This document shows positions 36,867 to 41,704 of a stretch of 41,704 bases of DNA, piece by piece. Numbering within the stretch: position 1 is the first letter of the stretch; each line of letters starts with the position of its first letter. The position numbers were made by a program, and so were the translations under genes. Source of the DNA: an uncultured Bacilli bacterium (GTDB taxonomy: Bacteria; Bacillota_I; Bacilli_A; RF39; UBA660); NCBI GenBank assembly GCA_947632275.1, contig CANROR010000001.1, forward strand, positions 1 to 41,704, written 5' to 3'. The notes beneath the pieces are model-generated. The model had not been told where the DNA came from. It ran no database searches and worked only from the letters and a program-made list of their open reading frames with translations.

Positions 36867-37761
36867 TACTTGAACCAATGATTCCATCTAAATAAATATT
36901 TAAAGTTTTATCATCTAAAGCAAAATTAATTTTTTCATAATTACTTATAGTATCCATACCTATATAAGGCTTCTTAATATCATCATAAACTAAAACCACA
37001 TTATTATTAATTAAAACGACATAATTACCCACTAAATAAATATTTTGATAAGCAACGGGGATATTTAATAAAGAGCCTGTGTAATCATATAATTCATTTT
37101 TATTTGTTAATAAATATTTATCCGTATAATTAACAATAGGATCGGTTATATTAGTTGTTTTTTTCACATTGTTACCATTGGTTAAATACCAACCATTTGC
37201 ATCCTTAACAATTAAAGTAGATATGTCTAATTTACCATCAACAAGTTTATTAGCTAAACCAATGAAGTCATATTCATAAGGAATAATTGTCGTCATATTA
37301 GGAAGCATCAAAACACCCCATTTTCCTTCTTCATTTTGGGCAATTATTGCCTCTCCATTAACTTTAGCATGGTAATCTTTAACCGCTTTAAAAGTAACTA
37401 TCCTTTGGTTTAATTTTAAACTATAAACAAATATTTCCGCATTATCTTGAATTAAAGCAAAATCATTATTAGAATAAGCTAATTTTTCTTCTTGTCCATC
37501 TTCATAATAGTTAATATTATATTCATCGTCATCAATAATGGTATTAACATAACCACAATCCTTACTTACGCATTCATAACGGCCTTTTTCTTTTCCTGAT
37601 TCATCATAAAAATATAAGAAACCATTAAAGTAAAAATCTTTATTCACATTTTTGACTTCAACTTCGCCCCGATGACTAGCATAAGTGCCATAAATAGCTA
37701 GGGGCAAAAAAATCACTAATAAGACAATAATCGTAATCAGAGTTGATTTTTTAGTTTTCAT
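36850..37761 (-). CDS. Membrane-anchored WG-repeat-like protein (paralog of the upstream gene)
   Basis: N-terminal TM anchor. A Cys-pair segment (YECVSKDCGYV), FALIQDN and a KWG-type unit (EGKWGVLMLPNMTTIIPYEYDFIG) follow. ATGA overlap with the 701-aa gene. Confidence 0.6.
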   Translation of the reverse strand: MKTKKSTLITIIVLLVIFLPLAIYGTYASHRGEVEVKNVNKDFYFNGFLYFYDESGKEKGRYECVSKDCGYVNTIIDDDEYNINYYEDGQEEKLAYSNNDFALIQDNAEIFVYSLKLNQRIVTFKAVKDYHAKVNGEAIIAQNEEGKWGVLMLPNMTTIIPYEYDFIGLANKLVDGKLDISTLIVKDANGWYLTNGNNVKKTTNITDPIVNYTDKYLLTNKNELYDYTGSLLNIPVAYQNIYLVGNYVVLINNNVVLVYDDIKKPYIGMDTISNYEKINFALDDKTLNIYLDGIIGSSIELNN

Positions 37762-39863
37762 TGCGCCATCATTCCTGTATTAATAGAATAAGTACTACCA
37801 CCAATAATTGTTATTTGATTACCATTTAATATTTCATAACTACTAGCATAGTCGCTTATTGTAATCGTTATTCGATTACCTTCTTCGTCTCTTAATACTC
37901 CGGAATCTTCTTTACCACCATCGGTATACCGATAGATATCTATTATTTTATCACTCGTAATTCCAACAAAGAATCCATCATATAATTTGGCATAAACTAA
38001 ATTGCTTTTCATAATTTTACCATCTTTAGTAGTTACCGTATACATATTATTATTTTTAAGAAGTAAAGCACTACTATTATAAGATGTTATTTCATTACTA
38101 GCATGACCAATTTCTTTAGCCGAGCTATCATATAAAACATACATATTTTCTCTTTTTACTAAAAAGTCATTGCCAACATATTTTATTTCTTTAGTAGCCC
38201 CGTATTTTTCATCCGTAAAAGTAATAAACCGCGAAGCATTTTCTTTACCAACATTAATTATACCAAAGTTACCATCATTATTTTTAGCCATTACTAACAC
38301 ACTGGCGGAATTTACAAAACCAAAATCTTTATTATAATAGCCAACATCAACTTGAACATAATTTTCGGTACCAGACATGGTCTTCTTATTAGTTAAATCA
38401 TAAAGCATTGCATTACTATTTTTGGCACTATCCACATCATTAATAAAGACAAAACGATCATTAATAACTGGAGCAAATCCTAAATTTTGGGCTCCATTAC
38501 TACGATTAAGTAGTTTTGTTTCACTAGCAATAAAACATTTTTCAAACATTGTTGAATTTTTCGTTATATCATTTTTATTTTTACAAGTATAAGTTCCTAA
38601 TAAATTATTTTTAGCTTCATCTTTAAAGATATAAATTGTCCCATCATAATAACTTACATATTTATAGTTATTACTTAATTTACCTTCATATATATTTATT
38701 TCTTTTTGATTGTCCCCATCTTTAATAATAACGGTATTACTACCTACTTCAACACTAAAGGCATCTTGTCTTTCAATTTCTTTTAAATCTTCATTATAAA
38801 CAATCTTTTTAACAAAGTTACCACTACTTAATTTAACACCTTCATAATTTAATAAGTTTAAATTTTCATCATAAGCATAGACTTTTTCATTATCCACTAA
38901 AACGACATAACTATCATTAAAAGTAATAAAATCAATATTTCTCGTTAAAACTTTTTTGCCATTATAATCGTATAAAGCATAGTCATCATTATTTTCATAA
39001 CTTATATATTTTTCATTATAATTTTTAATATTACCTTTAACATCTTTACTTAAAGCTTTACCATCAACATCAATTAATTTAGAATTATTATTCGTCATCG
39101 CTACTAAATTATCATGTTCACTTATTTTACCTAAATAATCATAACTAAATTTAATATTTTCACTTACTTCTTTACCTATTTTAAGGGTACCATATTTTTC
39201 TTCATCATTTTTAACAATAACATTTTCATCATCAATTTTCTTAATTAAAGTATAATTACCTACTTCTTCTTGTTTGGCAATATCAAACAAAATTATATTA
39301 TTTTGCTTATCAGCATTATCAGTAATGAAAACGAAATTATCATTATAAATATCACTACCTTCTTCGATGCCTTTGTTATCTTCATAAACTCTTTTTACAA
39401 CATCAAAGTCATCTTCACCAGAATAAGTAGCCACTTTACATTTGTTTTCATCTTTATTCTTACATTCGTATTTACCAAGTTCTTTTTTATTTTTATCTAA
39501 AAAGATTAATATTCCATTTTCATACCGATAATTACCTTTTTCTAAAATAACTTCTGGTTCATCTGGTTCTTCCTTTTTATTATCTTTTTTAAAGACTAGA
39601 AAATATAAAAGTAACCCAATAATTAATAAAAGTAACGCACTAGCACAACTAATAATAATTATTTTATTTTTCTTACTTAATTCATTCCATTTTTCTTTTA
39701 AAGGCTTTTTATTTTTCTTTTCCTTCTTTTTTTCTTCATTCGGTTTTTCTTCATTTTCAACCGTATCATATACGGGTTCATCTTGCATTTCATCTTCATC
39801 CGTTATTTCAATAATTTCATTGGTTGCATCTAAATTTTCTTCTAATAATTCATCATCTTCCAT
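37758..39863 (-). CDS. Membrane-anchored protein with two copies of the WG-repeat-like module
   Basis: GGAGG lies 6 nt before the ATG. An acidic/K-rich cytoplasmic head and one TM segment are followed by two modules. Each module has a Cys pair (YECKNKDENKCKV; YTCKNKNDITKNSTMFEKCFI), F(V)FI(T/N)D, and a (K/N)(Y/F)G unit (EEKYGTLKIG...FSYDYLG; DGNFGIINVG). Confidence 0.6.
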   Translation of the reverse strand: MEDDELLEENLDATNEIIEITDEDEMQDEPVYDTVENEEKPNEEKKKEKKNKKPLKEKWNELSKKNKIIIISCASALLLLIIGLLLYFLVFKKDNKKEEPDEPEVILEKGNYRYENGILIFLDKNKKELGKYECKNKDENKCKVATYSGEDDFDVVKRVYEDNKGIEEGSDIYNDNFVFITDNADKQNNIILFDIAKQEEVGNYTLIKKIDDENVIVKNDEEKYGTLKIGKEVSENIKFSYDYLGKISEHDNLVAMTNNNSKLIDVDGKALSKDVKGNIKNYNEKYISYENNDDYALYDYNGKKVLTRNIDFITFNDSYVVLVDNEKVYAYDENLNLLNYEGVKLSSGNFVKKIVYNEDLKEIERQDAFSVEVGSNTVIIKDGDNQKEINIYEGKLSNNYKYVSYYDGTIYIFKDEAKNNLLGTYTCKNKNDITKNSTMFEKCFIASETKLLNRSNGAQNLGFAPVINDRFVFINDVDSAKNSNAMLYDLTNKKTMSGTENYVQVDVGYYNKDFGFVNSASVLVMAKNNDGNFGIINVGKENASRFITFTDEKYGATKEIKYVGNDFLVKRENMYVLYDSSAKEIGHASNEITSYNSSALLLKNNNMYTVTTKDGKIMKSNLVYAKLYDGFFVGITSDKIIDIYRYTDGGKEDSGVLRDEEGNRITITISDYASSYEILNGNQITIIGGSTYSINTGMMAQ

Positions 39864-39912
39864 TTTAGACCTCCATATTATGTCTAAATTATATCACTAA
39901 TATCATTAAATT

Positions 39913-39950
39913 AAAATAAAAAACTAATAAGTTGTTATGAACCTATTAGT
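39913..39950 (-). terminator. Terminator of the 546-aa gene
   Basis: The ACTAATA/TATTAGT stem (39923-39929 / 39944-39950) is followed on the minus strand by UUUUUUAUUUU. The stem is AT-rich, so confidence is moderate. An extended -10 (TGATATAAT) for the next operon follows. Confidence 0.5.
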
Positions 39951-39972
39951 TTTTTATTTTATACTTTATTTA

Positions 39973-41613
39973 TTAAACAGATAATCGATATGGACTTCCT
40001 TTACTACCATCGCCACTTGTAAATTGGACATCAGTGGTAATATAAAATGATGGACGAACAATAAAATTGCCATCAGTAACTTTTGAAATATAACCTGGAC
40101 CTCCACCACTAGTAATTCTTCTTATATAACTTTCTCTTGATGAATCCCGAGATATACTTAATTCAAATGCACCTAAATACATCCAATTACTATCAAGCAT
40201 TCCATTATAACTTGAAGATGTAATATCACAATCATTTACCGAAGATGAATAAAATTTAGGTGTAGTAGCATATATATAATCACTTATATATAATAAGCCA
40301 ATATAATCTTGATAAATCAAATCATTTTCTAAATTACACTCTCTTACAACACTTTGACTTCCTTGAGTATAACATTTTTTATCGGTTGATTTTAATCTAT
40401 TTACCCCTAATTCATAATCATATATTTTCTTAAAACTATAGTTTCCTAAATTAAAACCTCCTACTACCCAATTATGTTTTAAAATATAATTTTTCAAATA
40501 TGGAGCCATTTTGATCATATAGTTATAATAAAAATCATTTAAATTTACTTTATTTAAATTACTTTCTTTCCACATATTAACATTACTTTCTTCTGTTTCT
40601 GAAGTACTATTCCATCTATAACTAACAAGGTTATTAAAATTTGTTCCTTTATAATATTCATAAGCCCATGTGTATTTACCATAATAAGCTCCCCCTTCTA
40701 CATTACCATCACCTAATTCCGTAGCTGTTGCCCCTTGGGCTTTAATTAATTTCATTTCATAATTATCGTCTTCATTTTTAAATAAGCCAATGATCCGATA
40801 TAAATTATCATCGGTTTCACACGTCCCAGTATTCTTATTATCTAAACAAATAAAATTATTAACTTTATCACTAGCACCACTATAACGATAAGATAAATCA
40901 TTAGCGCTATTTTTTAAATTAGCATCATGATAAAACAAAATATTATTTTCATATGCTTTTTGAGCTATTTGACATGCGCCCAAGCTTGGATCACATACAT
41001 CTGCATATGTCATTTCTCGATTATAAGATTTTACACTTAAACCTACTTTAAAACTTTTTCCCATTGTTTCATTATTAGCATCTTTATCTACCCAAAGATA
41101 CAATTTATAATTACTTTCCCCTTTTAAAGGAATACTATTACTATAAACTTTATAAATATTTTTATGTTTTCCTTTGATTCCTATATCTAATTCTTTAAGT
41201 TCTTCATTATTAAATTCTGTTAAAGCATTAGTTGTCTTACTTAGTATTTCATTTACTAAAACTATATCTTCTTCTGAGGTAATTGCAAAATGAATATTAT
41301 TATCTTCTATTTCATTATCATTTAAACTTGTTAGATATAAATTAAATCCCACACAATTATCACAAGTACTATTAATAGTAAATTCATAAGGTTCTGTTTC
41401 TAAACCCATATCATCATCCATCGGATAACTATTTTTTAAATTTATCGTATTTCCATTATCTTTTAATTGAACTTTTGCACAAGCATTAATTGTTATATTA
41501 CTTTTTCCATATTCATCTTCTACTTGAGGTTTCATGAAAGCATACGTTATTCCTAAAATACTCAAAGTTAAAATTAAGATACATATTATAATTAAAATTA
41601 TTTTTCTTTTCAT
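39973..41613 (-). CDS. Large secreted/surface protein with a SipW-type-like signal motif
   Basis: The ATG at 41613 is 8 nt after AGGA; the track TTG at 41619 is less likely. The N-terminus is MKRKIILIIICILILTLSILGITYAFMKP, where G-x-T-Y-A-F resembles the TasA/CalY signal motif. The C-terminal end (...FIVRPSFYITTDVQFTSGDGSKGSPYRLSV) resembles the (V)RP..(Y/W)L...G.G...PY endings seen in many Firmicute surface-protein domains. It is monocistronic, with its own promoter and terminator. Confidence 0.6.
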   Translation of the reverse strand: MKRKIILIIICILILTLSILGITYAFMKPQVEDEYGKSNITINACAKVQLKDNGNTINLKNSYPMDDDMGLETEPYEFTINSTCDNCVGFNLYLTSLNDNEIEDNNIHFAITSEEDIVLVNEILSKTTNALTEFNNEELKELDIGIKGKHKNIYKVYSNSIPLKGESNYKLYLWVDKDANNETMGKSFKVGLSVKSYNREMTYADVCDPSLGACQIAQKAYENNILFYHDANLKNSANDLSYRYSGASDKVNNFICLDNKNTGTCETDDNLYRIIGLFKNEDDNYEMKLIKAQGATATELGDGNVEGGAYYGKYTWAYEYYKGTNFNNLVSYRWNSTSETEESNVNMWKESNLNKVNLNDFYYNYMIKMAPYLKNYILKHNWVVGGFNLGNYSFKKIYDYELGVNRLKSTDKKCYTQGSQSVVRECNLENDLIYQDYIGLLYISDYIYATTPKFYSSSVNDCDITSSSYNGMLDSNWMYLGAFELSISRDSSRESYIRRITSGGGPGYISKVTDGNFIVRPSFYITTDVQFTSGDGSKGSPYRLSV

Positions 41614-41638
41614 GGGCAAAATCCTACTTTCACCCTTA

Positions 41639-41665
41639 ATTATATATATATATATATATATTCAA
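41639..41665 (-). promoter_or_regulatory. Promoter of the 546-aa gene with a (TA)n spacer
   Basis: The minus strand reads TTGAAT (41665-41660), a 15-nt spacer made entirely of alternating AT, then TATAAT (41644-39). The SD and ATG lie about 25 nt downstream. Confidence 0.5.
41641..41660. repeat. (TA)10 dinucleotide microsatellite
   Basis: A direct read of 41641-41660 gives tatatatatatatatatata, the only long simple repeat in the window. Confidence 0.98.
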
Positions 41666-41704
41666 GGCCTAAAAAAAATAATTGACAGTTTTGGACAAAA
41701 TAAA

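Noticed and set aside
1-41704. Looked for CRISPR arrays, IS/transposase genes, rRNA genes, and an alternative genetic code (TGA=Trp, as in Mollicutes).
   Set aside because: - There are no regularly spaced direct repeats, no transposase-like ORFs and no rRNA-like sequence.
- Several confident genes end in TGA, for example the pilin-like gene and the ATGA overlaps.
- The long ORFs need no TGA read-through, so the code is the standard one (table 11).

Overview
Very AT-rich (about 70-75% A+T by eye), standard-code chromosomal segment; TGA is used as a stop and no in-frame TGA appears in the long ORFs. It comes from a cell-walled Bacillota-type bacterium. The gene order is Bacilli/Erysipelotrichia-like: rodZ-like/pgsA, gpsB next to rnpB, recU-ponA, murG-murB-divIB, cdsA-rseP and T-box-valS. 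There are about 45 protein genes, mostly on the minus strand and tightly packed, with many 4-nt ATGA overlaps.

Content in order:
- Phospholipid and division genes, a type-B RNase P RNA, and a GNAT-fusion membrane protein.
- recU-ponA, an NfeD/SPFH pair, queH, and divIB-murB-murG.
- A 420-nt gap holding a small-peptide/antisense-RNA module.
- A 9-kb Wzx/Wzy-type polysaccharide cluster: WecA/TagO-like initiator, flippase, five glycosyltransferases and a Wzy/ligase-like protein.
- An orphan type IV pilin-like gene, rseP-cdsA, and tRNA-Lys(CUU).
- Small membrane proteins, then a long minus-strand unit: four unknown genes, a Xer recombinase, an ABC-2 exporter and a polysaccharide deacetylase.
- valS with an HD-domain gene behind a Val T-box.
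- Two paralogous WG-repeat-like membrane proteins.
- A monocistronic large secreted protein whose promoter spacer is a (TA)10 tract.

I saw no rRNA, CRISPR array, transposase/IS or phage genes. Nothing is an obvious known defence island. The most unusual items are:
- the type I TA-like RNA/peptide locus (12434-12722);
- the (TA)10 promoter (41639-41665);
- the SipW-type-signal proteins;
- the unknown four-gene cassette coupled to Xer;
- the GNAT/CorA-like fusion.

All homology statements rest on motif recognition by eye; no searches were run.
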